NCBI GenBank assembly: GCA_023229865.1
Contig: JALNYL010000001.1
Coordinates: 87,008 to 151,007 of the forward strand
DNA length: 64,000 bases
Direction of reading: 5' to 3'
Origin: Minisyncoccota bacterium
GTDB taxonomy: Bacteria; Patescibacteriota; Minisyncoccia; Phycocordibacterales; UBA1550
The position numbers and the translations under genes were made by a program. Positions 45,000 to 54,864 of this stretch are shown here, piece after piece. The notes beneath the pieces were generated by a model that saw nothing but the letters and a program-made list of their open reading frames with translations, ran no database searches and was not told where the DNA came from. Numbering within the stretch: the first letter of the stretch is position 1; each line of letters begins with the position of its first letter.

Positions 45000-46445
45000 A
45001 TGAACATCTTGAACCTTCTCTCAAAAGAAAAGCGTGTTGCGGGAATAGAGATCAGTGACTCTGTTGTCCGCATCGCTTTTTTCCGTCCCCTCTCCAAGAA
45101 GCGCATGTCCAAGCCCGCAGAAGGCGTAGTAACACCAGAAGACGAGCTCATTCTCATCGAAGAACCTATCGCGTCCAACATTATCGCCGACGGTGTTGTC
45201 GTTGATGGAGAACTTCTTGGAAAAACATTGCGCAATATTTGGACCAAAGCAGAACTCGGCACCGAGTACGCAGTGGTCGCAATCCCTGACGACAAGATTT
45301 ATTCAAGAATCTTTTCATTTCCAAAATCAGTAACTGAAGCACGCGTGACCGAAGCGATGCGTCTCGCTATCGGCTTTCAGCTCCCCATGAAGACCGAGGA
45401 TGTGTATCTCGACTGGGAGCGCACCATAGGCACATCGGGTACGAACGAAATTTTCCTCTCAACGATCCCCCGAGCTGTCGTACAAGGCTATATCTCTGCA
45501 CTCGAAAAAGCAGGTATCAAAACGCTCGCCCTTGAGAGCCATCTATCAGCAATCGCGCGCTCAGTGAAGCTCACCCCAGAGACGACGACACTCTTTTCAA
45601 AAAAGACTCCTGACGGCGCGACTATTTTTGCACTCAAGGATGGCATTATGAGATTTTCGCGCACGCTCCCGCTTCAGTTTGTTCCCGAAAATAAAATCGC
45701 AGAAGAGACACAAAAAGTAAAAGCGTCTTTAGTTGCAGACGGCGACGCAACAGTAGTCGAACAAGATATTCTCGAAGCAGATATCCGCGATGAATACGCA
45801 AGTCGCCCCGAGATTACTAAGCCAGCATCAAAGTGGCTCGTAGCACTCGGCGCCGCCATCCGTGGCAAGATTCCCGAAGGCGAGGATAATCTCGTTTCCC
45901 TCCTCCCTATTGGTACCGAAGAAGCGTACGCATATCAACGCGCCACGACATTTATTGTCTTGATGAGAAATCTCATTATTGGTGTTTCTATCTTTTTCGT
46001 GGTGGCATATCTCGCAACATATCTTTTTATGGCTTCCCTCGCGCGCGAAACTACTGAAAAAATTACGACACTATCAGCAACAGTTCTCCCCCCAGAAGTC
46101 GCCGCAAAAGAACAGCAGATTAATGACGTCAATGCACTTACGGAGACAGGAGCCATGCTTCTCTCACAAACCCCGACATGGAGCCCTATTCTTGCCGAAA
46201 TTGTGGCGCGTACACCAGAAGGAATCACCATCTCGATGTTCTCAGCGCAATCATTTACTACCAGAATTTCCCTCACAGGAACAGCAGTAAGCCGTAGTGT
46301 GCTCAACAACTACAAAGCCGGCCTTCAAGAATCCCCCCTTCTTACAGAAGTAGAACTCCCCCTTGCGAACCTCGAGCAACGAGAGAACATTCCGTTCTCA
46401 ATTTCATTCAGCCTGAAGGACCCAGGTGCGCTATACTATAAATAA
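45000..46445 (+). CDS. PilM-like actin-fold pilus assembly protein fused to a PilN-like TM/periplasmic segment
   Basis: PilM-like N-terminus (RVAGIEISDSVVRIAFF, ..AVVAIPDDKIYSRIFSFP..LDWE), then a TM helix (IIGVSIFFVVAYLATYLFMA) and a ~130-aa periplasmic tail. The start could instead be GTG 44970. Confidence 0.55.
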   Translation: MNILNLLSKEKRVAGIEISDSVVRIAFFRPLSKKRMSKPAEGVVTPEDELILIEEPIASNIIADGVVVDGELLGKTLRNIWTKAELGTEYAVVAIPDDKIYSRIFSFPKSVTEARVTEAMRLAIGFQLPMKTEDVYLDWERTIGTSGTNEIFLSTIPRAVVQGYISALEKAGIKTLALESHLSAIARSVKLTPETTTLFSKKTPDGATIFALKDGIMRFSRTLPLQFVPENKIAEETQKVKASLVADGDATVVEQDILEADIRDEYASRPEITKPASKWLVALGAAIRGKIPEGEDNLVSLLPIGTEEAYAYQRATTFIVLMRNLIIGVSIFFVVAYLATYLFMASLARETTEKITTLSATVLPPEVAAKEQQINDVNALTETGAMLLSQTPTWSPILAEIVARTPEGITISMFSAQSFTTRISLTGTAVSRSVLNNYKAGLQESPLLTEVELPLANLEQRENIPFSISFSLKDPGALYYK

Positions 46446-46452
46446 TAACGCT

Positions 46453-47010
46453 ATGTTCACCACAAAAAATCTTTTCAAAATAGCAGGTAAACACTTCCTT
46501 ATTGCTCTTGGGTTTATTTTTTCTGCCGCCGTCATCGTATTTTTCATCTCGGGACAAATTACCAAAATCTCTAATGGCGCGGCAAAGGATCGCCAGACGG
46601 CAGCAGCACTCAGCGAACGCACCACCCTACTCTCAAATTTAAAATATGAATCGGAGCTCATTGGCGACAATGATAATGTAATTCGTCGCGCATTTATCCC
46701 CACCAATAACATTCTTGAGTTTGTCGCAATCCTCGAAAGCCTCGCCCTCAAAAATGGTGTTACGCAATCCTTTCATTTTTCATCACCAACACCAGACACC
46801 CTCGGTACTCCGTTCCCCATTTCGACAATTACCTACCAAAACACAATTTCTGCAAACGCACCTACCATTATCAATTACCTCAGAGACTTCGAAAAGATTC
46901 CTTATTTCACAAAAATAGACTCTATTACTATCTCTTCAGGCAAGGCGGACTGGCGTGATGTGTCTACAATTTCATTCAGTGCGACCGTAGCAGCACAAGC
47001 AATACAATAA
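46453..47010 (+). CDS. PilO/PilN-family pilus assembly protein (bitopic)
   Basis: Short cytoplasmic N-terminus, a TM helix (FLIALGFIFSAAVIVFFI), a coiled segment, and a periplasmic domain. It follows the PilM-like gene. Confidence 0.45.
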   Translation: MFTTKNLFKIAGKHFLIALGFIFSAAVIVFFISGQITKISNGAAKDRQTAAALSERTTLLSNLKYESELIGDNDNVIRRAFIPTNNILEFVAILESLALKNGVTQSFHFSSPTPDTLGTPFPISTITYQNTISANAPTIINYLRDFEKIPYFTKIDSITISSGKADWRDVSTISFSATVAAQAIQ

Positions 47011-47011
47011 T

Positions 47012-47623
47012 ATGACAGAAACAACACCAAAAACCCTCAAAGAAAGACTTTCTGAGATCAAACCAAAGGACCTCCTATATCCAGGAATTATTCTTTTGTT
47101 TATTATTATTGTTGTCATCATATTCTTCTTAGTAACACGTTTTATAACCAATAACATCAACAAGGCTTTTTCTGGCGACACAGGGGGAGAGTCGCGCACA
47201 CTCAATATCGACAACTACAATCTTGTCGCAAAGAAACTTGGCATTAGTATTACCCCTGTCAAAAGTGAAATCACAAACGAAGTAACCAACGCGACGACAA
47301 CCCAAGAAACAAATGGTTCAGCGCAGGCAACTACAACAACCCTAGACAAGAAGACTCTCACGCTCCAAATTCTCAACAGCACGACCAAAAAGGGAGTTGC
47401 GGGCACCCTTGCAAAGACACTTGAAGGTGCTGGCTTTGCAAAAGCTACAACAGGAAACCAGAGCAAATTAATTCCCGTAACAACTATTTACCTCAAAGAA
47501 AGCGTTGCTTCATTCGGCCCAGAACTCCTTGAAGAAGTTAAAAAATCCTACTCAAGCGCAGTCGCGACGACGACCCAAGAAACCAAAGCGTTCGACATCA
47601 GTATTGTCATCGGAACAAAGTAA
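47012..47623 (+). CDS. Membrane-anchored protein with a LytR_C-like C-terminal domain
   Basis: TM helix (LLYPGIILLFIIIVVIIFFLV), a Thr-rich linker, and a C-terminal ..LTLQILNSTTKKGVAGTLAKTLEGAGF..IYLKE.. resembling the LytR C-terminal domain. Confidence 0.4.
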   Translation: MTETTPKTLKERLSEIKPKDLLYPGIILLFIIIVVIIFFLVTRFITNNINKAFSGDTGGESRTLNIDNYNLVAKKLGISITPVKSEITNEVTNATTTQETNGSAQATTTTLDKKTLTLQILNSTTKKGVAGTLAKTLEGAGFAKATTGNQSKLIPVTTIYLKESVASFGPELLEEVKKSYSSAVATTTQETKAFDISIVIGTK

Positions 47624-47635
47624 GAAACAACGTAA

Positions 47636-47668
47636 AAGAAAAAGCCCTACGAAGGGGCTTTTTCTTTT
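47636..47668 (+). terminator. Intrinsic terminator
   Basis: aaaaAGCCCtacgaaGGGGCTttttctttt. Confidence 0.6.
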
Positions 47669-47768
47669 GTGTCCCCCAAGAACCTGGGGTATAATCTAGG
47701 GATACAGATTCCGTTAGAGGTCTAACAGTTATGTATGTGTCAAAGTATTTATCAATTATTTACTAACT

Positions 47769-49421
47769 ATGGAAAAAAATATTCAGACAGCAAATCTAAT
47801 TCGCAACGCAGGCTTCGAAGGAGAGATACTAGGTGATACACCAAGCCTCATTCATTACGAAAATGATACAAGTATCATAGAGCTTCGCCCAGAGGTCGCG
47901 GTTAAACCAAAAGATGTAGAAGACATAAAAAAGCTTGTTTCTATTGTCGCAAGCAATAAAACCACAGACCCTACTCTATCTTTGACCGCGCGTGCAGCAG
48001 GTACAGGGATGGCAGGAGGCGCCCTCAATGAATCCATCATTGTGGACGTTTCAAATCTCAACAATGTAAAAAGTGTTTCAGCCGAACGCGTAGTCGCGGA
48101 GTCGGGTGTCTACTATCGCGATATGGACGCTGAGACTAGAAAACTCGGCGTCATAATGCCTTCATTCCCTGCTTCGCGCGACCTCTGTGCCGTGGGTGGG
48201 ATGGTGGGGACCAACGCTTCAGGGGAAATGACATTAAGTTTTGGAAGTACGAGAAACTGGGTAAAACGAATTAAAGCTGTCCTCTCAGATGGAAACGAAT
48301 ACGAGTTCAAGCCTCTTTCTATTCCTGAGCTTGAAGAAAAGAAAAAGCTTTCTGGTTTTGAAGGCGACCTCTACCGCCGAATGTACGACCTCCTCGAGAA
48401 CAACTATGACCTCATAAAGAATGCTGAACCAAAAGTTGCAAAAAACTCTACGGGGTACGCCCTTTGGAAGGTGTGGGACCGCAATATGTTTGACCTCACC
48501 CAGCTTTTCACGGGCTCTGAGGGGACGCTCGGGGTTTTTACAGAAATTGAATTTGCACTTATCAAACCAGAAGAGCATCGCAAGTTGATTGTGGTTTTCT
48601 TGCCTGACTTCAGCAAACTTACCGAAGTGGTAGGAAACATTCTTTCTCATAAGCCAGAAACTTTTGAAACGTACGACGACCGCGTAATTCAGTTCACGAT
48701 GCGCTATCTTCCCGAGTTTGTGAAGGTGATGAAAACTGGCTTAATAAAACTTGGTTTGTCATTTATCCCCGAGGCACTTATGGTGCTTCGTGGAGGATTC
48801 CCCAAGCTTGTTCTTCTTGCAGAATTCACAGGGGAAACAGAGGAAGAAGCTCTCCGAAAGGCAAATGAGGCATTTGAGGATTTGAAACAATTCAAACTTC
48901 AGATGGAGATTATGCAGACATCCGCACAGGCTGAGAAGTTCTGGAAAATGCGCCACGACAGCTTCAATATTATGCGTAAACATAGTGGCAAAAACAAAAC
49001 CGCGCCGCTCGTCGACGATATTATCGTTGACACCAAGAAGCTTCCTGAGTTTCTTCCAAAACTTGAGGAAATTATGGCAAAATACAAAATTGTCTACACC
49101 ATCCAGGGGCACATCGGGGACGGCAACTTCCACATATTCCCTCTTATGGATCTCCATGAGGAACGCTACCGCGATATGATTATGGAAATTACCGAGAAGG
49201 TGTTTGATCTTGTATTCGCTTTTGGTGGCTCAATGTCCGCAGAACACAATGATGGCTATATTCGCACACCATACCTTCGCCAAATGTACGGAGATAAAAT
49301 TATAAGTCTCTTCGAAGAAACGAAAAAAATCTTTGATCCACAAAACATCTTTAATCCCGGCAAAAAAGTCCATGGCTACGACCTCAAATGGGTAAAGGAG
49401 CATATTGACAAGGACTACTAG
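47769..49421 (+). CDS. FAD-linked oxidase (FAD_binding_4/PCMH-type; GlcD or D-lactate dehydrogenase family)
   Basis: FAD-binding motif AAGTGMAGGA, a cap domain, and the C-terminal ..HIGDGNFH.. typical of FAD-linked oxidases. Confidence 0.8.
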   Translation: MEKNIQTANLIRNAGFEGEILGDTPSLIHYENDTSIIELRPEVAVKPKDVEDIKKLVSIVASNKTTDPTLSLTARAAGTGMAGGALNESIIVDVSNLNNVKSVSAERVVAESGVYYRDMDAETRKLGVIMPSFPASRDLCAVGGMVGTNASGEMTLSFGSTRNWVKRIKAVLSDGNEYEFKPLSIPELEEKKKLSGFEGDLYRRMYDLLENNYDLIKNAEPKVAKNSTGYALWKVWDRNMFDLTQLFTGSEGTLGVFTEIEFALIKPEEHRKLIVVFLPDFSKLTEVVGNILSHKPETFETYDDRVIQFTMRYLPEFVKVMKTGLIKLGLSFIPEALMVLRGGFPKLVLLAEFTGETEEEALRKANEAFEDLKQFKLQMEIMQTSAQAEKFWKMRHDSFNIMRKHSGKNKTAPLVDDIIVDTKKLPEFLPKLEEIMAKYKIVYTIQGHIGDGNFHIFPLMDLHEERYRDMIMEITEKVFDLVFAFGGSMSAEHNDGYIRTPYLRQMYGDKIISLFEETKKIFDPQNIFNPGKKVHGYDLKWVKEHIDKDY

Positions 49422-49452
49422 CGCGAAGGGTTACAACTGACCAAAATACAGA

Positions 49453-49487
49453 AAACGCCGCTTCCCTTTGAGAAGCGGCGTTTTCTG
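49453..49487. terminator. Bidirectional terminator between convergent genes
   Basis: AAAACGCCGCTTCcctttgagGAAGCGGCGTTTT. Confidence 0.7.
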
Positions 49488-49502
49488 TTAGTTGTTCTTT
49501 CT

Positions 49503-50309
49503 TTATTCTTTTCCTGACTTAATAAATGCCAAACTAAAGAGAAAGATAAGAAGCGCGACCATCACAATAGCACCACCCGACGCGAGGTTGAAATAATACG
49601 ATGCAAAGAGTCCTGCAATAACGGATGTGATCGAAAAAATCACCGACAAGACGAGTGTTGTAAGGAAACCGCGACCGTACTGCATCGCTGAGATAACCGG
49701 GATAACCATGAGCGCTCCAATAAGAAGCACGCCGACAATACGGATAGAGATAGCAACCGCAATAGCAGCAAGCATCACCATCATAAAGTTGATCGCCTTT
49801 ACGGGAAGCCCGCTCGCCTGTGCAAGTTCAGGGTCAAACGATGCAAAGAAAAGTTCTTTATAGAGAAGCACAATGTCCAAAAAAACAACAACTGCGAGCG
49901 CTACGGTCACCCACAAGTCAGTCGTCGAAACAGTGGAAATACTTCCAAACAAGTAGCTAAACAAGTTTGCGTTGAATCCCTTTGAAAGCGAGAGGATAAT
50001 GACCGCGAGCGCGAGCGATCCCGAAAGGAAGAGCGCGAGCACTGACTCTCCAAAAATGCGGCGCGACGAGCGAAGAGCTTCGATCCCAAACGACGCAAGA
50101 ACCGAAAGCCCAATCGCCGTAAAGACGGGGTTCACTTTAAAAAAGAGACCAATAGCAACCCCTGCAAAAGAAACGTGCGCAAGGGTATCCGCCATAAGCG
50201 AGTACCTCCTCACTACGAGAAACATGCCAATGAGCGGCGCAACGATTCCGATTGCGATTCCGGCTTCAAACGCGCGCACCATAAAGTCATATTGAAATAT
50301 TTCGAGCAT
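49503..50309 (-). CDS. znuB: Metal (Zn/Mn) ABC transporter permease, ABC-3 family
   Basis: Eight-TM ABC-3 fold: MLEIFQYDFMVRAFEAGIAIGIVAPLIGMFLVVRRYSLMADTLAHVSFAG. Confidence 0.8.
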   Translation of the reverse strand: MLEIFQYDFMVRAFEAGIAIGIVAPLIGMFLVVRRYSLMADTLAHVSFAGVAIGLFFKVNPVFTAIGLSVLASFGIEALRSSRRIFGESVLALFLSGSLALAVIILSLSKGFNANLFSYLFGSISTVSTTDLWVTVALAVVVFLDIVLLYKELFFASFDPELAQASGLPVKAINFMMVMLAAIAVAISIRIVGVLLIGALMVIPVISAMQYGRGFLTTLVLSVIFSITSVIAGLFASYYFNLASGGAIVMVALLIFLFSLAFIKSGKE

Positions 50310-50313
50310 AGTT

Positions 50314-51072
50314 TTATTTGTGGTTTACGAGGTGTGAATGCTTGCCATACAGACGCTCAAGTACGTGCTCATTGAGGAGGTCGCGAGGAAGACCGTGGCA
50401 CACGAGCGTGTGATTGAGGCAGAGTACCGTCTTCGTCTCCTGAGAGACTGCATCAACATCGTGCGAAATAAAAATGATGGTGAGATTGTGATCGCGGTTG
50501 AGCGAAGCAAGGAATTCATAAAAAGTCTTCTGTGCTCCGATATCGACCCCCACGGTCGGCTCGTCAAGGATGAGCACGTCGGGCTCAGAGGCCAAGGCGC
50601 GCGCAATAAACACACGCTGACGCTCTCCCCCCGAAAGATTGCCTACGAGTGTGTCGCGATAGCGTTCAATCCCCGCAATCTTCATCGCACGCTCTACGAC
50701 CTCAATATCTTTAGCAGTAAACTTTTGGAAAAATCCCAAACGTGGGATGCGGCCCGTGCGTACCACTTCAAACACTGTTGCAGGAAACTCTCTATCTGCC
50801 TGTGTCACGCGCTGAGGCACATAACCAATGCGGTGCTTCTCTTTGAAATCGTGTCGATCCTTTCCAAAGAGCAAGACTGCCCCCTCAGTGGGATGCAGAA
50901 GACCCAAAATAATCTTAATGAGTGTCGTTTTACCACCACCATTGGGGCCAATAATCCCCAAGTACTCCCCTTTTCGCACGGTAAAAGAAAGCTTCTCAAT
51001 AACAGGTGTGTGATCGTATGAAAAGCTTACATTACTAAGCTCAATGTATGGTTCTGCTAATTTGTCGCGCAT
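50314..51072 (-). CDS. znuC: Metal ABC transporter ATP-binding protein
   Basis: Walker A GPNGGGKTT, signature LSGGERQRVFIARAL, Walker B ILILDEPT. Confidence 0.85.
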   Translation of the reverse strand: MRDKLAEPYIELSNVSFSYDHTPVIEKLSFTVRKGEYLGIIGPNGGGKTTLIKIILGLLHPTEGAVLLFGKDRHDFKEKHRIGYVPQRVTQADREFPATVFEVVRTGRIPRLGFFQKFTAKDIEVVERAMKIAGIERYRDTLVGNLSGGERQRVFIARALASEPDVLILDEPTVGVDIGAQKTFYEFLASLNRDHNLTIIFISHDVDAVSQETKTVLCLNHTLVCHGLPRDLLNEHVLERLYGKHSHLVNHK

Positions 51073-52001
51073 GACATTGCTTTTTGGAGGTTATTCAAAT
51101 TCATTTCCATTACAGAAACATAATCTTCTCCTGATTGTACCTCGTCTGGGGTAAGACTTTCAAGGGGGTTGAGAACAAGGGTCGTGCCACCGATTTCACG
51201 CGCAACGAGCTCTGAAAACTTTGGGCTTGCAACCGTTTCAAAAAAGATAGACTTTACACCACGATCACGCGCAAGCGCAACAATGTGTGCGAGATCTTTT
51301 GGAGAAGGTTCTTCGTCGGGAGAAATACCTTCAATAGAAGTAACGGTGATACCATACTGGCGGCCGAGGTAATTAAACGCTTCGTGAAGCACGACAATAT
51401 CATGAAGCGAGCATGAAGCGAGCCCCGTGCGAAAACGCTGATCGAGATCATCAAGAGAAATGAGGGCACGCGTTGCATTCTCGATAAAAATATCTTTGTG
51501 GGCTGGATCAATTTGCGAAAAGATATCACGCATTGCCTCAATCTCACTTTTCATAATAATAGGGTTGAGCCAAAAATGCGGATCGACAGCACCATCGCGC
51601 TCTCCAAGGACAACGCCACGAGCCTTGAGCGTCTGCGCCATATCAATCACCTCCTTTGGGCGCACCGTGGAACCCTCTTGCCACTTCTTCACCCATGGCT
51701 CAAGCGCGGCGCCGTTAAAGACAAGAATGTCTGCTTTTCCAATATCAACAAAATCACGTGGTGATGGTTCAAAATCATGTGGCTCAACACCCGCAGGAAC
51801 AAGGGTGTTCACCAAAACAAGATTCCCTCCTACTTTTTCTGCGGCGTACGAAAGTGGATAGAAACTTGAAACAATGTGGATACGACCATTGGCTGGCTCC
51901 GCCTGACGGCCGCGCGTCAAAACAAGAAACGTCAAAAGAACACCGAGGATGAGCACGGTGACGACGATTACTAATTTGCGATTTGATGTGATTACCAACA
52001 T
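51057..52001 (-). CDS. znuA: Metal ABC transporter substrate-binding protein (TroA/ZnuA cluster 9)
   Basis: Signal anchor. ..IVSSFYPLSYAAEKVGG..GVEPHDFEPSPRD.. and a second half ..LHEAFNYLGRQYG.. give the pattern typical of ZnuA/MntC. Confidence 0.8.
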   Translation of the reverse strand: MLVITSNRKLVIVVTVLILGVLLTFLVLTRGRQAEPANGRIHIVSSFYPLSYAAEKVGGNLVLVNTLVPAGVEPHDFEPSPRDFVDIGKADILVFNGAALEPWVKKWQEGSTVRPKEVIDMAQTLKARGVVLGERDGAVDPHFWLNPIIMKSEIEAMRDIFSQIDPAHKDIFIENATRALISLDDLDQRFRTGLASCSLHDIVVLHEAFNYLGRQYGITVTSIEGISPDEEPSPKDLAHIVALARDRGVKSIFFETVASPKFSELVAREIGGTTLVLNPLESLTPDEVQSGEDYVSVMEMNLNNLQKAMSCATN

Positions 52002-52022
52002 TGATTTGTTTAAAAAATTATT

Positions 52023-52625
52023 CTACTTAATTGCTTGAGTAACAGCTTCCAAAAGCTCTTCTCTTCCCTTGTGGATGCGTGCTGAGTATGGAAACGCTTG
52101 CGCGCCGAGCGCGGCTTCGATTGCCTTCAGGCTCTGAGAACGCTCTGTTTGATTCAAGCGATCAATCTTGTTGGCGACGACCACAAACGGGATATTTTCT
52201 GCGCGAAGAATGTCTGCCATTTCCTTGTCGTAATCCATTGGCTTCACACATGCATCAACAATGAGCATGACGAGGCGTACACGCGCTTCTCCACTACCAA
52301 GGTACCAGAGGATGAGCTTGCGGATCTTCTCGGCGCCTTTTGCCCCCATACGCGCAAAACCGTACCCCGGAAGGTCGACAAAGTAGAACTTTTTGTTGAT
52401 AAGGAAGAAGTTGATCTCACGAGTTTTGCCGGGCATCGAACTCGACTTCACAAGGTCCTTACGCATTACTAAAGAATTGATAACGCTCGATTTACCTACG
52501 TTGGAACGGCCAACAAACGCCACCTGACGACGTGCGTCGCCCAAAATAGGGTCGGAACCAATAATTCCCTTCATAAATTCAGCACTAGAAATAATCATAT
52601 ATTCATTTAACCACACAAGTACCAA
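52023..52625 (-). CDS. engB: Ribosome-biogenesis GTPase EngB/YsxC (YihA)
   Basis: G1 GRSNVGKSS, G3 DLPGYG, G4 NKIDRL, and the fixed ~200-aa size. Confidence 0.9.
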   Translation of the reverse strand: MVLVWLNEYMIISSAEFMKGIIGSDPILGDARRQVAFVGRSNVGKSSVINSLVMRKDLVKSSSMPGKTREINFFLINKKFYFVDLPGYGFARMGAKGAEKIRKLILWYLGSGEARVRLVMLIVDACVKPMDYDKEMADILRAENIPFVVVANKIDRLNQTERSQSLKAIEAALGAQAFPYSARIHKGREELLEAVTQAIK

Positions 52626-52630
52626 AGCTC

Positions 52631-52688
52631 AAAACCCACCATGTACCTATTTTGTACTATGGTACAAAATAGGTACATGGTGGGTTTT
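52631..52688. promoter_or_regulatory. 27-bp-stem perfect palindrome filling the engB / dsbA-like divergent intergenic region
   Basis: AAAACCCACCATGTACCTATTTTGTAC tatg GTACAAAATAGGTACATGGTGGGTTTT. Its right arm ends 10 nt before the dsbA-like ATG, immediately 5' of the AGGAGA RBS. Confidence 0.85.
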
Positions 52689-52698
52689 AGGAGATAAA

Positions 52699-53457
52699 AT
52701 GTTATACTATGCAAACTTACTAGGAATTAATTTATATATTATGGAAGGAGAAAACACACAGCAAACACCAGCAGTAATTGCGCCAGCGCAAAACTATGCA
52801 ATCCCCTTTGCAATCGTTATTGCAGGACTTGCCATTGCAGGAGCAATTTACTTTAGTGGAGAGAAAGGAATAACGCCAGCACAAGAGGTTACCTCGATTC
52901 CACCTGTCACCAAAGCTGATCACATTCTCGGTGACCCTAACGCAAAGATTATTATTGTAGAGTATTCAGATACTGAATGCCCTTATTGCAAAACCTTCCA
53001 CCCAACAATGCAGCGCATTATGAGTGAGTACGGCAAGGATAGCAAAGTTGCGTGGGTATATCGTCAGTTCCCCATCGCATCACTTCACCCAAAGGCACAC
53101 TACGAATCACAAGCAACAGAGTGCGCAGCAAAGCTTGGTGGAAACACGAAGTTCTGGGAGTATCTCGATAAGGTTTTTGAACTCACTCCTGGAAACAATC
53201 GTCTCGATGAAGCTGAACTCCCCAAGATTGCAGAGAGCGTAGGACTTGATGTCCCCGCATTTAATAAATGCCTCACAAGTGGCGAAATGAAAGCCGTAGT
53301 TGACGCTCAAATGGCAGGAGGCTCAAAGGCGGGAGTTACGGGGACCCCTTACCCAATCGTACTTATCGACAAAAAAGTAGCAGGCACCATCGGAGGTGCG
53401 CTCCCCTACGAAGATCTCAAGAGGTCAATCGATGCAACACTAGCAGAGCAAAAGTAG
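52699..53457 (+). CDS. DsbA-family thiol:disulfide oxidoreductase, membrane-anchored
   Basis: RBS AGGAGA 5 nt upstream. N-terminal TM helix, thioredoxin fold with CPYC (..YSDTECPYCKTFHP..), and a helical insertion. Confidence 0.8.
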   Translation: MLYYANLLGINLYIMEGENTQQTPAVIAPAQNYAIPFAIVIAGLAIAGAIYFSGEKGITPAQEVTSIPPVTKADHILGDPNAKIIIVEYSDTECPYCKTFHPTMQRIMSEYGKDSKVAWVYRQFPIASLHPKAHYESQATECAAKLGGNTKFWEYLDKVFELTPGNNRLDEAELPKIAESVGLDVPAFNKCLTSGEMKAVVDAQMAGGSKAGVTGTPYPIVLIDKKVAGTIGGALPYEDLKRSIDATLAEQK

Positions 53458-53470
53458 CAACCACAACAAA

Positions 53471-53504
53471 AGGCCCGTTCGCTTCGCGAACGGGCCTTTT
53501 GTAT
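53471..53504. terminator. Bidirectional terminator between the dsbA-like gene and rpoD
   Basis: AAAAGGCCCGTTCGCttcGCGAACGGGCCTTTT. Confidence 0.75.
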
Positions 53505-53545
53505 TATTCAACATTCAACATTCGATATTCAATATTCCACCCTCC

Positions 53546-54862
53546 TTAGTAATTGCGGAGCTTGTCCACCTTGTCATGAGCGCGAATCTTTTCGATTGCC
53601 TTTGCTTCAATCTGGCGGATACGTTCACGAGTAACCGCAAACTCACGACCCACCTCTTCGAGTGTGTGCACCACACCATCTACGAGTCCGTGACGAAGTT
53701 CGAGAATCTTGCGCTCCTTTTCAGAAAGGTCGCTCAAGATTTCCTTAACTTGATCAGAAAGAATACGCTGTGCTGAGTCCTGTGCTGGGGAAAGAATCTT
53801 GTCGTCGGCAATGAATTCACCGAGTGTTGATTTGTCGTCATCGTCACCAATAGGCTTCTCGAGAGAAACCGTATCTTGGTCAATCTTCTTAATGTTGTAA
53901 ATCTTTTCAACATCGAGACCCATCTCGGTTGCTACTTCTCCTGGAAGTGGCTCGCGGCCGAGGTCCTGTGACAAACGACGTACAACCTGCTTATATTTTG
54001 AAATCGTCTCCACCATGTGCACCGGAATACGAATCGTACGTGACTGATCCGCGAGTGCGCGGGTAATAGCCTGACGAATCCACCATGTTGCATACGTTGA
54101 AAACTTGTAACCCTTTTCCCAGTCAAACTTTTCCACTGCCTTAAAGAGACCGATGTTTCCCTCCTGAATAAGGTCAAGAAGCGTGAGGTCGGCCGAACGA
54201 CCTACGTACTTCTTTGCAATAGAAACCACGAGACGGAGGTTTGCGCGAGCAAGAAGATTCTTTGCCTCTTCGTCACCAAGCGCGATACGCTGAGCGAGGT
54301 CACGTTCATCTCCTGCCGAAAGGAGCGGATACTGACCAATCTCTTTCAAGTACATCTGGATAGAGTCATATGATGAATCACCACTCTTGTAGGTATACTT
54401 CTTATGCGTCAAAACCTCTTCAGGCTCCATATTGAGAAGTCCACCACTCTCAAGAACATCCACACCCGCATCGCCAAGCTTCTCGTAGAGCGTATCAAGA
54501 AACATAACGTCCTGCTCCACATTGGGAAATTCCTTAAGGATTTCGTTGTACGTGATAAAACCACGACCGCGACCCTTGAGAATAAGAAGTTCTGCTTTCT
54601 GCTCCCACCCTTCTGTTGATTTCTTTTTTAGGACAGCCTTTGAAGCTACTTTCTTTGGGGCAACCTTTTTAGGAGCAGCTTTTTTGGCAACCTTTTTAGG
54701 AGCTACTTTCTTGGGTGCAACTTTTTTAGGAGCTACCTTTTTAGGAGCCGCCTTCTTGGGTGCAGCTTTTTTAGGGTCAGCAGAGCCTCGTCTTGGACGT
54801 GAACTTTTCTGGGCAACTTTCTTAGGTGCTACCTTCTTTTTTGTGGTTGTTTTTTTCGGCAT
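53546..54862 (-). CDS. rpoD: Primary RNA polymerase sigma factor (sigma-70 family) with a lysine/alanine/proline-repeat N-terminus
   Basis: Region 2.4 [13 protein letters not shown], region 4.2 ..[23 protein letters not shown]... The start is taken at [10 protein letters not shown], 2 nt after the dnaG stop. The N-terminus reads [45 protein letters not shown]. Confidence 0.9.
   Translation of the reverse strand: MPKKTTTKKKVAPKKVAQKSSRPRRGSADPKKAAPKKAAPKKVAPKKVAPKKVAPKKVAKKAAPKKVAPKKVASKAVLKKKSTEGWEQKAELLILKGRGRGFITYNEILKEFPNVEQDVMFLDTLYEKLGDAGVDVLESGGLLNMEPEEVLTHKKYTYKSGDSSYDSIQMYLKEIGQYPLLSAGDERDLAQRIALGDEEAKNLLARANLRLVVSIAKKYVGRSADLTLLDLIQEGNIGLFKAVEKFDWEKGYKFSTYATWWIRQAITRALADQSRTIRIPVHMVETISKYKQVVRRLSQDLGREPLPGEVATEMGLDVEKIYNIKKIDQDTVSLEKPIGDDDDKSTLGEFIADDKILSPAQDSAQRILSDQVKEILSDLSEKERKILELRHGLVDGVVHTLEEVGREFAVTRERIRQIEAKAIEKIRAHDKVDKLRNY
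54640..54800. repeat. Imperfect ~15-nt tandem DNA repeats encoding the (A/V)PKK(A/V) repeats of the sigma-factor N-terminus
   Basis: Repeated units ctttttaggagc(a/t)(g/a)c / cttcttgggtgcaac are visible on the plus strand. Confidence 0.7.
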
Positions 54863-54864
54863 AA

